From: the human T2T-CHM13v2.0 reference genome, Homo sapiens
NCBI RefSeq assembly: GCF_009914755.1
Contig: NC_060926.1
Direction: 5' to 3' (one strand)
Length of the DNA stretch: 64,000 bases
Part shown: positions 42,743 through 57,237 of the stretch, in pieces
How the letters are laid out: each line of letters opens with the position of its first letter
How positions within the stretch are numbered: the stretch's first letter is position 1
Made by a program: the position numbers and the translations under genes
Notes under the pieces: model-generated
Seen by the model: only the letters and a program-made list of their open reading frames with translations
What the model was told of the DNA's origin: nothing
The model's database searches: none

Positions 42743-43163
42743 TGTGGTAGACAGAATAATGGTCCCCCGAAGTTGCCTACATCCAGATCCCTGGAAACTG
42801 TAAATATGATGCCTTACATGGTTAAAGGGCCCCTGCAGTTGTGATGAGAGACCTTGAGAGAAGGGATTATCCTGGATTATTTGATGGAACAAGCATCCTT
42901 CTAAGAGGAAGGCAACTCAAAGGCAGAAGTAGAAGATGTGACACAGGAAGCTGAGGTTGGAGCGATGCGAGAGAGGGGCCATGAGCCAAGGAAAGCAGCT
43001 CAGTCTTAGAAGCTGAAAAAGGCAGGGAAACAGATTCTCCCTAGAGCCTTCCAGAAAGGCTTGATTTTAGCCCATAAGACTCATTTTGGACTTCTGACCT
43101 CTAGAATTGCAAGAGAATAAATTTGTGTTTTAAGCTGCTGAATTTATGACGATTCATTACAAT
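42743..43163 (+). mobile_element. MLT1-family MaLR LTR
   Basis: tgtggtagacagaataatggtcccc...gacttctgacctctagaa...gaaactaataca. Confidence 0.8.
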
Positions 43164-43455
43164 GGCAATAAGAAACTAATACAGGGTTGGTTTTTAATTT
43201 TTTGACTTAATCGGTTCTTTAACTGCTGCCTTGAAGTGAGAATTTCACCCAAAGCAGGTTTTCTTCCTGCACTTCTTGAAGCCGGAAGTAGGACAAGGAA
43301 AAAAATCCTAGAATGCTGACAATGAGTTCAGGGTTGATGAGGTGAAAGAGTGCTTGCGGCCTCACTCACTGTCCCAGCTCTCAGGTTCTCTCTCGGGCTG
43401 GGGTTTTTCTTCCTCTTTAACCCTTTATCTGCTTTCTGTCTGTTCCTTTCCTCAG

Positions 43456-43548
43456 GAAATCCGACAGCTACAGCAGAAACAGGCGAGTTCTATCAGGGAG
43501 ATTTCTGATCTTCAGGAAACAATAGAGTGGAAAGACAAAAAGATAGGG
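43456..43548 (+). CDS. LRRFIP1: 93-nt cassette exon EIRQLQQKQASSIREISDLQETIEWKDKKIG
   Basis: tttcctcag|GAAATC...ATAGGG|gtagga. Confidence 0.94.
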
Positions 43549-44728
43549 GTAGGATTCCCAAGTCTTGAAAATCTACTCAAATGGGCAGCCTGCTTAGCAA
43601 ATAGAGTTTTTTCAGAGTCTTTAGTTTGCAAAACCGCTTGTCTGAGTATGCATGCAACTCCCACGTGACACAAAGTCGTATTAATTTATTTAATTTTATT
43701 AAGTAGTGAATACACTAACTTATCCAAATTGATATGAACTTGGATTGTGACACGGACTCTCCATGGAGGGTCTTGTGAATGCGTAGCTGTGCGCTCTGCC
43801 TGCCCCGTGGCTGGGCCGGGCCGGTGGTTGTTGAAACAGCTGGAGTGAGGAGGACACTCTGAGGAGGTCTGATGTGTGCAAGTCCAGACGTCTTGGGATT
43901 ATCTGCCTGGTGGTGCTTTGAGAAAAAAAATCTAAGCACCACCAGGCAGATATCCCCACTTTGAAATCTTCCCCAGGGAAGGTCTCCACATACCCTTCTC
44001 CCTCCACAAGAAGAAAAGAGGCAGTTCTACACTTAGAATTGAAGGATAGGGGGAACAGAACCCCACAAAGTAGTTGTCATGATTGGTAACAACAAATGGT
44101 TTCCCCAAAATGGTGATTCCTACACATAGCTCTAATAAAGACGTCGAGATACCTGCACAAACCATCGGCACGTTGACTCAAGCCACACTGTGTTTCCACT
44201 GTCACGCTCATCAGCACTTAGGAGTGTGTGTGTGTGTGTGTGTGTCTGCATGCACGCACACTTTAGGACCACTTCATTTATCTGAGATGATGGATACCAA
44301 GAATCAGTGTATAAAAATAGTCTAAATGGCTACAACAGCCGTCCTGGGAGGTGCTTAAGCAATCCCTTTTCTTTACTGACCCCTCATTCAAGTGGAGACT
44401 TTGCGTAACTCTAACGCAGCTGTGAACACGCAGACAAAGCTAGAAAGTGATGCAAATATAGTAACCTCTGGGGCCCCGTGCTGTGTCCGTGTGCTTCAAG
44501 ATGCGCATGTCTTTCATGGAGTATGAACAGTAACATTTCTTGGATTATATATACTAAGCGAAAAGCTTAATACTTGGATTTTGTTAGTATCTTTAGGCAG
44601 AGTCTCTTTAATGTCTAGAGTCCACTAGTGTTTTAGATGGTAGAAGCCTCCTTCTGGTTCCTGCTTCTGAAGTAACTTGCTCATCTGTGCAAATCTTCTT
44701 CTTTCTCTTGGCTCTGCTGCACACTCAG

Positions 44729-44821
44729 GCATTAGAGAGGCAGAAAGAGTTCTTTGATTCCGTAAGGAGTGAACGGGATGATCTTAGAGAAGAAGTAGTC
44801 ATGCTGAAAGAGGAATTAAAG
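44729..44821 (+). CDS. LRRFIP1: 93-nt cassette exon ALERQKEFFDSVRSERDDLREEVVMLKEELK
   Basis: acactcag|GCATTA...TTAAAG|gtatga. Confidence 0.94.
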
Positions 44822-46063
44822 GTATGAAGCCAAACTACAGTTTTATTTAAAAAAAAAGAAAAAAAATCCAGGTGACAACAGCAAATTTTGGGATGCTGTG
44901 AATATGTGTGTACATAATTCATTTTATGTCATTTAGTTCTGTTAATAATTCATATATTGGGTTAACTGACAGCGATGAGATGTAAAATAAATGTAGGTTC
45001 AGTGGGTGGTGCCCAAGGCCTTTTGATGTTAATAAACATAGCCAATCTTGAATGCAAGAATTTTTTGATACATTATCTAAATTTTTCTCATACTCACTAG
45101 TAAATTCTCCAGGATATTACTCAGACTTAGAGAATTAATTTGCCTCTTTATATTAAAACCCCCAATTTAAGGACTTCTCTAGAGGAACAGTGACTTGGGT
45201 AAGTGGTTTGGGCAAGGATCCCGCTAATTAGACTTTGAGACCTACTAGATTACAGGTGGAAGACGGTTCCCTGTCCTTGGTGGGCCACGCCAAGGCGTCT
45301 TCAGCCGCTGCTTGACACAGGTGAAGCGCCAGTGGCAGCACTCTGGGTGGGGGGGTTCCTGAACCGTCACCATCTGCTGCTTGGCCTCCAGGGTCAAAGC
45401 CAGAGCAGTGAGCCAGCCAGCTACAGGCTTAGAGCTAAGATTCGTAATTCTGCTCCTTGAAGAGGCGATCAGTTCAGGGGAGTTCCTCACACACAAGGGA
45501 GAGAGAGCCACAGGCGGCAGGAGGGCATGGGTGAGTGATGTCTGCAGTTGGGAAGTGCTGCTGTTTTCAGTGAATTCTGTTTCTTTTGAATATACTGAAC
45601 ATTCTAGCCACCTCTGAATTCCTTCTTTAACATAAGTTTCGTGTGTCTCTTTCAGAACATGTATATATTTCTTTCTTTATCTGGTTTCTCTTTTTAAAGA
45701 ATGCAATCAGGGTTTTGAAATGAAAGGTCACTTGGCAGTGACTTGCTTACTGCTCCACTTGGGGGCAGCCCACAGGCCACTACCTGTAGTTAAAAAGGAT
45801 GCCTGGTGGAAGTAGCTTGTCACCAGCAAATGAAAGCATGGATTGGAACATCTGAGAAAGAAGTAGCCTTTGGAGGACGATATCCCAGATTTGTGTGTGT
45901 TGACCGAATATTTACGAGTGCTGCACCCTAGCATTTCTCTTGTCTCTGTGGAGTTACCCTGTACTTCAGGAAAAAATGGTTTTCTTTTTTATTATTGTAT
46001 TAAAACAGAGTTTAACCTAATATCACTGAGTAAATATTACGATGAGCCTATTTTTGTTCCCAG

Positions 46064-46205
46064 AAACATGGAATAATCCTAAATTCAGAAATAGCTACCA
46101 ATGGAGAGACTTCCGACACCCTCAATAATGTTGGATACCAAGGTCCTACCAAGATGACAAAAGAAGAGTTAAATGCCCTCAAGTCGACAGGGGATGGGAC
46201 CCTAG
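46064..46205 (+). CDS. LRRFIP1: 142-nt exon [17 protein letters not shown]...KSTGDGTL(G/D), ends in phase 1
   Basis: ttgttcccag|AAACAT...CCCTAG|gtaagt. Confidence 0.96.
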
Positions 46206-47243
46206 GTAAGTATTTGCTTTCCTTCGGCTCCTCACACCTTTCCACTCAGCATTGGTTCACCCTCCATGCACTGCTGGGGTTGGAGCCACCGTCGCTGATG
46301 GGTTAACAGTCACCAGCATGCCATTTGTTTCATCACTTCATGGTAATTTCCTTGCCCACCCGGTGTGGTCACCCACGTGTTGTCTGGCATGCATCTCTGT
46401 GTAGTGCACCATCAATGGCTCAAGTGAACCTTTTCTTTTGCTGCTCAAAGCTACCAAGCAAGACTGTGAAGGCAAAAGGAAAACAGTCTCAAAATTAAGT
46501 AACAATGTGGAGAGTACTATTTGGTTTTCCTCAGACACATATATATCTGTACCTATAAAGTGTGGCTTTTTAAACCGATTCTATGACAGAATTATCAAAA
46601 GATCAGAATGGTTGAGGCCGTCAAGTCAGTTGGCCATATTTGCAAGCCAACATCGACATCCTGGGCAGCATTCAGCGCTTTGAGGGTACGGGGTGCCTGT
46701 GGACAGCAGGTCCGTCTGTGTTGCCTTTTTCAAGCCACCGCTCGAGGTGGGCAGGCGGCCGTGGTAGTGGGTGTGGCGGTGCTGAGAGTCTGAGTATGCC
46801 CACCTTTGTCAGAGGGGATCCTCCTTTGTATGCCACGTGTTTGCTTCTGAAAGAATATAAAACTGGGGAATCCAGTAGATCAGAGGAATATTTTATACCA
46901 TTTTCAATGATCTGATTTGTCATAATTTGTCATAAGAGTTGGCTTTGGGAGAAACCTTCAGATTCTGGCGTGCAGCCTGAAGTTGCAGCGTGCAAGTGAG
47001 GCCTCATCTGTCACTGGTCACCCTCTGCGTTCCAGTGTTTTACAAAGAGGCTGGAATAAGGTCAGGGTCCGTGACTTTTCATTTTAATGTAGAAGCTTTC
47101 ATCTTATTTCTTTTTATTTATGGAAATGTAGACACCTCCAGGCCCCATCTTCTCAGGCCTCGCATTCCAGGGAGGTACCTCATTCATTATCTTTATGACT
47201 ATTAAAGAAACACAGCTCTTTTCAATTGTGTAAAAAAAGTTGT

Positions 47244-47360
47244 GGCCTAGTGCAGTGGCTCACACTTCTAATCCCAGCGCTGCGGGTGGCCAAGGCTGGA
47301 GGATCACTTAAGACCAGGAATTCCAGGCCAGCCTGGCAACCTAGCAAGATTCCGTCTCTA
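47244..47360 (+). mobile_element. Alu left monomer / FLAM-like fragment
   Basis: ggcctagtgcagtggctcacacttctaatcccagc...ccgtctcta. Confidence 0.75.
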
Positions 47361-48602
47361 GATAGGTATGTAGTATCTATATACCGTTGTTGAGAAAAGA
47401 TAAATTAATCAATTTCCATCATACCTTTATATGAGCTACCCGAACAGCTAGGAATCTGATTACGCTGCTCTTACTCAAATACACATTTTATAAATCTTTG
47501 ATAACCATTGTGAAATGTTGTAAGAACCAGAAATGTCAGTTTTGAAAGTGGCCTTCAAATGACTTTTGATCACATATTCCTTCAGCAAAGAATTGTAGGA
47601 TCCAATATGTATGTTTATTTTAAATCTACATATGTATACTATTTCATTAATATAAAATGTACGTTATAAAATATATGCAAAGATATGCAAAGAAGTTTTA
47701 GAGTAAAACTCTAAATAGAATTCCTAATATTTCCCCCATTTTCCCTGGGATATGGGCACCCCACCATGGAGATCACTGGGCTATAAAATTATCTAGCTTT
47801 GACTTTCAGTAACATAGTACCATATCTAATCTGCTGGGGTTTTGTTTGGAGAGTCCAAAAATTCCAAAACAGTTTGATGTTCTTTAGACGATGAATAATT
47901 TATCATTTAATTTAGTGGTCATCTTGATCTTGAACATTTGCCTCCTGCTGGTCCTCTCTCCCTAGTCCCTTAGGGAATGGAGCAGAGGTATCAGGGCATG
48001 GACACAGGGTGTTTTCTCAGGAAAACAATAGTTGAGTGGCAGAAGATAGATTTCCTTTCATATGAGCTATTTCAAAAGCATCTTCCTTGAGACTGACCTT
48101 GAGGCTGCATTTCTAAAAGTGCACTGAATATTCTTTTTAAAAATTACTTGAAAGCTGCTTTTAGGGCTGTGTGACATGGAGTGCAGTTTGACAGCTGCAA
48201 AAGTACAAGTTGTCAAGTTGTTCATTGAGAAGTGAGAGTGGGGAATTGAACCTTCAGTCTGTTCCTAAACCCATCATTGTGGATTGTTTGGCTGCCTGAT
48301 CCAGAGTTCTTTCTATTTGTTGAAACTTAACGTCACCTTTAAAAATCTGTCCACACAAGATGGCACCAGCAGCCACTCTGGCCTTTGATGTGGTGGCAGT
48401 GGCCCTCACTGACCCAAAATTTACTAATGCAACTGCTGCTTTGCCGCACAGAACTGGCAAAGGCTTGTTTCTCATGACTCTTTGATGACTCTGTCTTTAG
48501 GAATAGGGGTGGGTGGGATTTGGAACGTGTGTTTACATTCTAATGTAGATTATGTGGCCGCCACATCATGGGGTCCCTTCAATTTTCTCAATGGTCTTTT
48601 AG

Positions 48603-50140
48603 GAAGAGCCAGTGAAGTGGAGGTGAAAAATGAAATCGTGGCGAATGTGGGGAAAAGAGAAATCTTGCACAATACTGAGAAAGAACAACACACAGAGGAC
48701 ACAGTGAAGGACTGTGTGGACATAGAGGTATTCCCTGCTGGTGAGAATACCGAGGACCAGAAATCCTCTGAAGACACTGCCCCATTCCTAGGAACCTTAG
48801 CAGGTGCTACCTATGAGGAACAGGTTCAAAGCCAAATTCTTGAGAGCAGTTCTCTCCCTGAAAACACAGTACAGGTTGAGTCAAATGAGGTCATGGGTGC
48901 ACCAGATGACAGGACCAGAACTCCCCTTGAGCCATCCAACTGTTGGAGTGACTTAGATGGTGGGAACCACACAGAGAATGTGGGAGAGGCAGCAGTGACT
49001 CAGGTTGAAGAGCAGGCAGGCACAGTGGCCTCGTGTCCTTTAGGGCATAGTGATGACACAGTTTATCATGATGACAAATGTATGGTAGAGGTCCCCCAAG
49101 AGTTAGAGACAAGCACAGGGCATAGTTTAGAGAAAGAATTCACCAACCAGGAAGCAGCTGAGCCCAAGGAGGTTCCAGCGCACAGTACAGAAGTAGGTAG
49201 GGATCACAACGAAGAAGAGGGTGAAGAAACAGGATTAAGGGACGAGAAACCAATCAAGACAGAAGTTCCTGGTTCTCCAGCAGGAACTGAGGGCAACTGT
49301 CAGGAAGCGACAGGTCCAAGTACAGTAGACACTCAAAATGAACCCTTAGATATGAAAGAGCCCGATGAAGAAAAGAGTGACCAACAGGGAGAGGCATTGG
49401 ACTCATCGCAGAAGAAGACAAAGAACAAGAAAAAGAAAAACAAGAAGAAAAAATCCCCAGTACCCGTAGAAACCCTTAAAGATGTTAAAAAAGAGTTAAC
49501 GTATCAGAACACAGATTTAAGTGAAATTAAGGAAGAAGAGCAGGTAAAGTCTACTGACAGAAAGTCAGCAGTGGAAGCCCAAAACGAGGTGACTGAAAAT
49601 CCAAAACAGAAAATTGCAGCAGAAAGCAGTGAAAATGTTGATTGTCCGGAGAATCCTAAAATTAAGTTGGATGGAAAACTTGACCAAGAAGGTGATGATG
49701 TACAAACAGCAGCTGAGGAGGTACTAGCTGATGGAGACACATTAGATTTTGAGGATGACACCGTTCAATCATCAGGCCCGAGGGCTGGTGGTGAAGAATT
49801 AGATGAAGGTGTTGCAAAAGATAATGCTAAAATAGATGGTGCCACTCAAAGCAGTCCTGCAGAACCAAAGAGCGAAGACGCAGATCGCTGCACCCTGCCC
49901 GAACATGAAAGTCCCTCACAGGACATTAGTGATGCCTGTGAAGCAGAAAGTACAGAGAGGTGTGAGATGTCAGAACATCCAAGTCAGACCGTCAGGAAAG
50001 CTTTAGACAGCAATAGCCTAGAGAACGATGACTTGTCGGCACCAGGAAGAGAGCCAGGGCACTTCAATCCAGAAAGCAGAGAAGATACCAGAGGAGGGAA
50101 TGAGAAGGGCAAAAGCAAAGAAGACTGTACCATGTCCTAA
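48603..50140 (+). CDS. LRRFIP1: Large alternative terminal coding exon (G)[10 protein letters not shown]...KSKEDCTMS* of the long GCF2/TRIP-type isoform; acidic low-complexity region
   Basis: ggtcttttag|GAAGAGCC continues phase 1 from 46205; uninterrupted ORF to TAA at 50138-50140. Confidence 0.96.
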
Positions 50141-50283
50141 GCTGAGGCAGGCGGCAGGCGCGGTGCACAGGAAGTCTCAGTGTGAAGGGGTCTTTTCTCT
50201 CCACTGCCAATGTAAGTAGAATGTTCTAAATTCATAGAGAGGCACTGTATGACAATTACCAGGTGCTCTACTGCTTTAAGTTA

Positions 50284-50293
50284 TAGACTGTTA
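50284..50293 (+). promoter_or_regulatory. miR-132/212-3p 8mer site (TAGACTGTTA)
   Basis: GACTGTTA matches the seed AACAGUC plus A1, and pairing extends to miR-132 nt 10. Confidence 0.7.
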
Positions 50294-50963
50294 CTTGTAG
50301 ATTTCCATGTAATCATTGAGGTTATCACCCAGATTAGAAAGACATATTTGTTATCAGTGTACGTTCTAATTGAGAGCATTCCAGTAGTATCAAACAATAA
50401 TGTCTACTGTTTATAGTCCACTTAATAAAAATAGAGGCATTTACTATTTGCCTTAGGCTGATAGGAATGTGGGTTTTCTTGACCAAATATATCAGCATCT
50501 AATTGAAATGACCAAATAGCATTCTTAGACTTCTGTATTATGAATATAATTGATATTTAAATTAATGTCTTGTTCACATATGTGTACTTTCATATTTGAT
50601 TTTAAAATGTACATTATAACCTGTATGGTATTTTATTTAAAGGAGATAAACAGCCAAATAGCAAATAGGTCACTGAATGATAAGATTTGCACCTTAGAAC
50701 AATAATCATTTTAAGGATAACAAGTAAATGTCTGAAAGCATGAGGGGCTTTATTTGCCTTTACCTCATATGAGTCTTTGATCTTGAACCGATACTTTTGG
50801 ATCTCATTGTTGATATACCTGAATTTACTTTGTAAGAGATTTTAACTTCACTTCATGCTGATGATGTATCAAATTCATTTTATAGAAAGATTTAAAGTTT
50901 TTTTCTGGAAGTGATATATGTCAAATTACATTTCCTACTGCAGTATTTGAGCAGGGACAGTCA

Positions 50964-51461
<498 letters not shown>

Positions 51462-51853
51462 GTTTTTGAACCTTAAAATACTTTGTTTGAATTTCTAATC
51501 ATCATTCAAAAGAGCAGTAAAAAATGGTTACTTGTTCTTGTACAAGCTACTAATTAGACTATAGTAGGATATTTTAAAGAGCTGAATCACTTTTGGTATT
51601 TTGGTATAAATATTTTCATTTGTTATGTCCCAGTATATTCTTACTGGAAAATTCTTGTTTTGATCTGCCTGAAGAAAATATCTGTTTTCTATATAAAAAA
51701 ATTTTTTAAAATAATTGTAAAGTTAGATTTAAAATTGTAAAATATAAAATCACAAAGGAATGTACCTTATGAATGTTGTTGACATTTTATGAAATTATGT
51801 GGATTCATATTACTGTTACAAGATAGAATTGAATGCAAAAAGACCAAAACCTC

Positions 51854-51896
51854 AATAAAATTTGAGGAAAACGTGTTATTATGTAATTGAAATAAA
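51854..51896 (+). terminator. Distal polyadenylation signals (two AATAAA)
   Basis: AATAAA at 51854-51859 and 51891-51896, followed by GT/T-rich sequence. Confidence 0.65.
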
Positions 51897-52889
51897 AACA
51901 TTTTATAATTGTGCAAGCCTGTGGTTCCACTCTTTGGGCTGCTTGAAGTCTGAGTCTGACTACTGTTGTATGTAATACCACCTTTGAGTAATATCTGCTT
52001 GGGGGTTGCTGATTCCTATTGGGGTTCCGTGGAAGACCCACGCCTGATGCCCTCCCTCAGTAAGGAATGCACTTCCCTCCTGGCATCGAGCCTGGGGCTA
52101 GCATGGGCATTACTGGGAGAACTGAGACGATTGTCACGCACCATCCCCTGTGATCTGTGGTTCTGATGTGCAGCCTCAGCTGAAAACGGTCTTCACCTGT
52201 GGCTGTGCTTACCTGCGCCACTACTTACAGTGTTTTGAAGAGCAGGATGAAAACGGCAAAAACCTTGACTGTTTCTGCTCAAGTGTCCTGAAGTAGAGGA
52301 TGGTGGGGATGATAAATGCTTGCTAGGAAATAAGTCCAAGGGCTCTATAGGACTTCACAGGGTTTTAGTTTATGTCTCTAACTTTAGCAAAGCTGCATTC
52401 CTATTGGAATGCATACTGGAAACAGCTCTCATTCCTACCTTTAAAGGGCTCTTGGAAAGCAGTGTGACAACCAAGGTCACTAAATGGTGAGATCATCAAG
52501 CCATTTTAAGTTCTTTCTCATGTTATTCACCAGCACCCTGCAGGACGTTGGACACACATCACATCCCTCAGCTCAGCCATCCAGCCGTCTCAGTGATTCA
52601 CCACTCATTTGCTTAATTAATAGACAGGTTTGATCACTTTGTACATGGAAGGCACTGTGCCAGTGAACAAGCAGTTGGACCCAGCCCTCCAGTAGGGAAT
52701 GGACAGCTGAAAATCCATGAGCAAGAAAGAAGGAAAAAGAAAGAGTTCTGAGCAGCCAAACCATTTCTCGATGATTTCAGAGCCTTCATTCTGAGCATCA
52801 GTTATATGCTCTCCAGTGTAATGACTTTATAGCCAAGCACAGTAATTGATATTACTGTGAAGGCCCTTAACTTATCAAGAAATGGTTGA

Positions 52890-53200
52890 GGCCGGGCACA
52901 TTGGCTCATGCCTATAATCCCAGCACGTGGGAGGCCGAGGCAGGCAGATCACTTAAGCCCAGGAGTTCAAGCCCAGCCTGGGCAACATGATGAAAGCCCA
53001 TCTCTACAAAAAAAATATACAAACAATTAGCCAGGCATGGTGGCATGTGCATGTAGTCCCATGTAGTCCCAGCTACTTAGGAGGCAGAAACACCTGAGCC
53101 TGGGAGGTCGAGGCTGCAGTGAATTGTGCTCACACCACTGCATTCCAGCCTGGGTGATGGAGTGAAACCCTGTCTCAAAAAAAAAGAAAGAAAAGAAAAA
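52890..53200 (+). mobile_element. Alu (J-type)
   Basis: Diverged Alu consensus. Confidence 0.9.
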
Positions 53201-54889
53201 GAAAGTTGACTTAGCTATACTCCATATAAGAAGGTATAGAAATATATAGAGCAATTTAGAAAGATTATAGTGTCAAAAGATTCAAACTCAGAAAAGAATT
53301 GAAAGGTTGCCTGCCAGCCATATCCCCAGACGAACCTAGACCACTGGGGTTTCACTATCATACAGAATAGAGAAAAACATTGGTTACTGACACCTGAAAT
53401 CAAAAAGCTTGGATATTTTTCAGTCCCAAACCAGAACATAGCTCCCGTATATAAATGTAAATCTTCCTTCAAAAGTATAATTAAGTATAATTATGGGTGT
53501 ATGTCAAAAATATAGAGGAAGATGGATTTTTACTTATAGGTTGTTATACAAAGTTGGGACAGCAATCAAATTTTTAAACAGTTTTCAAGAATGTATGACC
53601 TTAAAAGAAATGTGTGACCCTGATCACTTTCCATATTTGTAATTAACCGGAGACCTAATGGTCTGAACACTTAAGTTTCCACTATCACTAGGACCCTGAA
53701 TGCTAATTCTGGGGAGTTTAGATGGTTTGGGGCTCCTGTTTTCTATTCATAGACTCCCTTTCTGGGAGACCACCCCCCAACCCTGTACAGCGTACCACCC
53801 GTGGCCACCAGCCAAGGGAACACAACAGTAAGATTTGTTCTAAACGTCTGGGCCCCTAAGGGAAAGGGAGGGGTGTTTGTGTGTGCATGTATTATGTTCA
53901 GAATATGTACTTGTTCAGTGTGATAGTTGTACGTGGAGAAAACTTTGTCTTTCAAGAGGAAAATCCTTTTGTTCTTTTTGTCCCTATCTACTGCCTCTCT
54001 TAAATATTTTTCAACATGTGAATGGCTGGTGGCTGATACAGGGAAAAATTTCCCAGCTATACAGACACTATAAGTCTACCGGTGATGTGCCACTATTTAT
54101 TCAACAATATAGACTTGGTGGTTTTTAACGCTACGAAAACTAGTACTCTTTATTTTCTTCATGTCAAATTATTTTGCTTCATTTCTTTTTCCATTTTCTT
54201 CAAACTCTTTCGTTCTTGTTTTCTTGTCCAAGTCTCCTTTAGAATTTCTCTTCCTGAAAAGTTTCTTCTCTATTTATAATGTTCTCACTATACAACTAAA
54301 TGTCAGATTACCTATATCAATTTTGCTTGCACTCTTATTACATTTTAACACTTATTTTCTAGTGCTTATGTAGAATATTTGAAGTTTTCTAGAAGAAAAC
54401 AATAACAATTGTACAATAGATACTTGAGCTTCAAGATCACATTCTGGTGTATTCAGTGTTTCTTATGACGCCTGTAGTTTTTGTATGTAGGAGTATTAAA
54501 ACATGTAAGAAAATGAAAAGTGATATTGGGCAAAAGAATCAGGTTCATAACTGCAAAAATGTTTTGTTTCAATGTTGGGTGGGTTATGGGGGGGAGCGAG
54601 TAAAACATCTGTCAGAAGTAATTTGACTGTAAATTAAAATAGAACTCAAAAGGATGATAAATTTAATTTATATTGTGCTTAACATTATCTGGTGTTTACT
54701 GTGCCTTTCAAAACAACTTAGGATCTTTGGAAAACATAATTAGAGAAAAATGTAACTTGGATTAGCATGTGGCTAGATGATTTTTTAAATGAAAATGAAG
54801 ATGCATTTTATATGAATTATTTTCTTTTCACATGGCTAATCAAGGTTAGTTTTTCATTCTATGAAGAATCTGGAGGTAGGCCGCATGAC

Positions 54890-55170
54890 AGCAGTGTCCT
54901 AGTGAGCTAAGAGCTTTGAGTCAGGGTCTGACTCGGGCGTGTGAGTTTGGATCTGGAAAAACAGCGGGTGCAGTGTTTAGGGGAGTGTTCCCGTGGCTGG
55001 GCCGCAAGGCCTGAAGAAACTTGCTTAGTGGTTCTGGGCCTCTGAGCCTCATCTATAGAAGGAGGCTATGATGAAGCCTACCCATAGGGCTTCTGGGGCT
55101 GAAACGAGCTAATGATGTCGAAGCTGCTAGAACTGTACCTGTGTCAGAGCGAGTGTGCAGCATACGTTAT
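54890..55170 (+). mobile_element. MIR remnant
   Basis: ctctgagcctcatctatagaagg...catagggc...gagctaatg. Confidence 0.45.
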
Positions 55171-55943
55171 CATCACTGTCATCACTCCAGCATTCTGACT
55201 GTGCCTTTAAACTAGTGTGGGATTTTGCCCAAACCTCTAAACCCTCCCCTAGCCGTGGTTTCCCCCGCAGTCTGAAGACTCTAATACTTGACACTCGTTC
55301 AGAGAGATGTTTGGGGAATTTATAGACACTTAACATTTATGCATCCTTATATATCGGGTCCAGGAGGAATTACAGACACTTAAACCATTACTGCCTTCTT
55401 CCTCAAAAGAATAACAGCTTTGGTAACTGGGTTAGCAGAGGTGTTAGTGGACTTAGGGTTGTAAACAGATACTCATGGCACTGACATCGATGAGTCTATG
55501 AGGGAAATTAGAAAGATAAATACATCTGGGATGTAAACTCGGAAAGGCGAGGCTGTTCAAAATGTTGGTGCTATTGAATTGTGATTCTCGGTGTTTGTAC
55601 ATTGCTAATAATGTTAAACCATGAAGCCTGTGAGATCTTGTGTTGCAGCGTGGTTTGGCCCTAGCGTTCTTGCATGCTAACCTAAGGTAGAAGATTAGCA
55701 GCCTGTTTGCATGCAGCCGGATGCTGCCCCTGACGTGAAGCATGTTCTGGGAGGTTGACCCAACCTCCTTTGGCTGTGGCCTCATTCACCCCGTCCTGTC
55801 TGTGGCCTCATTCACCGTGGTACGTGTATAACTACTTCCATCATTCATTTCACTAACCTGAACGATCATTCTTCAGTTTAGCAATGTGCTGAAAGGCGCG
55901 GCACGCGGATTCACCTAAACCTGTGTCTTTGTGATTTCTTTAG

Positions 55944-55993
55944 ATATTAGGTTGAAAAAGCTGGTTGATGAACGGGAATGCTTATTGGAACAG
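55944..55993 (+). CDS. LRRFIP1: 50-nt exon (D)IRLKKLVDERECLLEQ of the C-terminal coiled-coil isoform
   Basis: gatttctttag|ATATTA...GAACAG|gtaaca; phase-1 start matches the 46205 donor. Confidence 0.94.
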
Positions 55994-56502
55994 GTAACAA
56001 TCTTTTTATTACTTTACCGGTTCATGAACAGGGCACCTGAAACCACCTGCCCATCCTTCCTTCTTGCTTACTCAGAAAACCCCTAAGTTAATCATGTCTG
56101 AAAGTCTTTATCAAGCCAACTGGTGTTCTTAAGATTGCTATCCAAATAGAACATCAAAGTTAATATTTTCATCCAAAGAGAACATCCTGAGTCATATGAG
56201 GTTTAATAAGGATGTCTCAAAGACCCAAAGCCATGGAATTGAATTTGGTACATTTTACTGAATTGCTGCTTAAAATAAATATAAATGTTGATTATTAATA
56301 ATATTAATGATTAACTGTTGAGAGACAAGAGCATTACTGAGTCATTCCAAATAGCACTTCTCTTGTCCATATGGGTTGTTTGTCCATAAAAGTCAGTTTT
56401 GTACTCTTGGTGATCAGCACCCCTCTCTCACAGGTGTTTCTTTGTTACAGCTAAACAAAGTTGTTTTAACCATGTTTATCTTCATTGCTCTCTCCTACCT
56501 CA

Positions 56503-56862
<360 letters not shown>

Positions 56863-57237
56863 CTACAACCACTTTCCTCTAATTTCTCCTCATAAGCCTA
56901 ATCAAATGTATTTGCCTTACTTCCTACCATTCTGTTGAAGATTCTCCGAAAATTGGAGAAAGCACTAAATATGGTAGGAAGATTCTCTTGAAGTTCCTGT
57001 GATCTTTTGAAACTGCATTCCTGAGTTCTATCCTTACTTCCTTAAAGCAGCATGCACTTTTGGTTTGTTGTTAATCAGGGGTCTCCTGTGCTTGGTGTGT
57101 GGGGTAGGAAGGCAGGTGATCACCTGCAACAATTCTTCACAGATTGGAAGTTAAACATGAAAAGCCCCCGGAGACCCCACGAACTAGATGCCAGAAAGTT
57201 CTGCAGTCATTGACTGTTAACTGCAATTCCAACTATA

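Noticed and set aside
46608-46915. Short ORFs after the phase-1 exon as an extra exon
   Set aside because: No convincing pyrimidine tract or acceptor in the required phase, and no family similarity.
48482-48602. N-terminal 40 codons of the 552-aa ORF as a separate intronless gene start
   Set aside because: This is intronic read-through upstream of the acceptor at 48602; the coding frame arrives by splicing from 46205.
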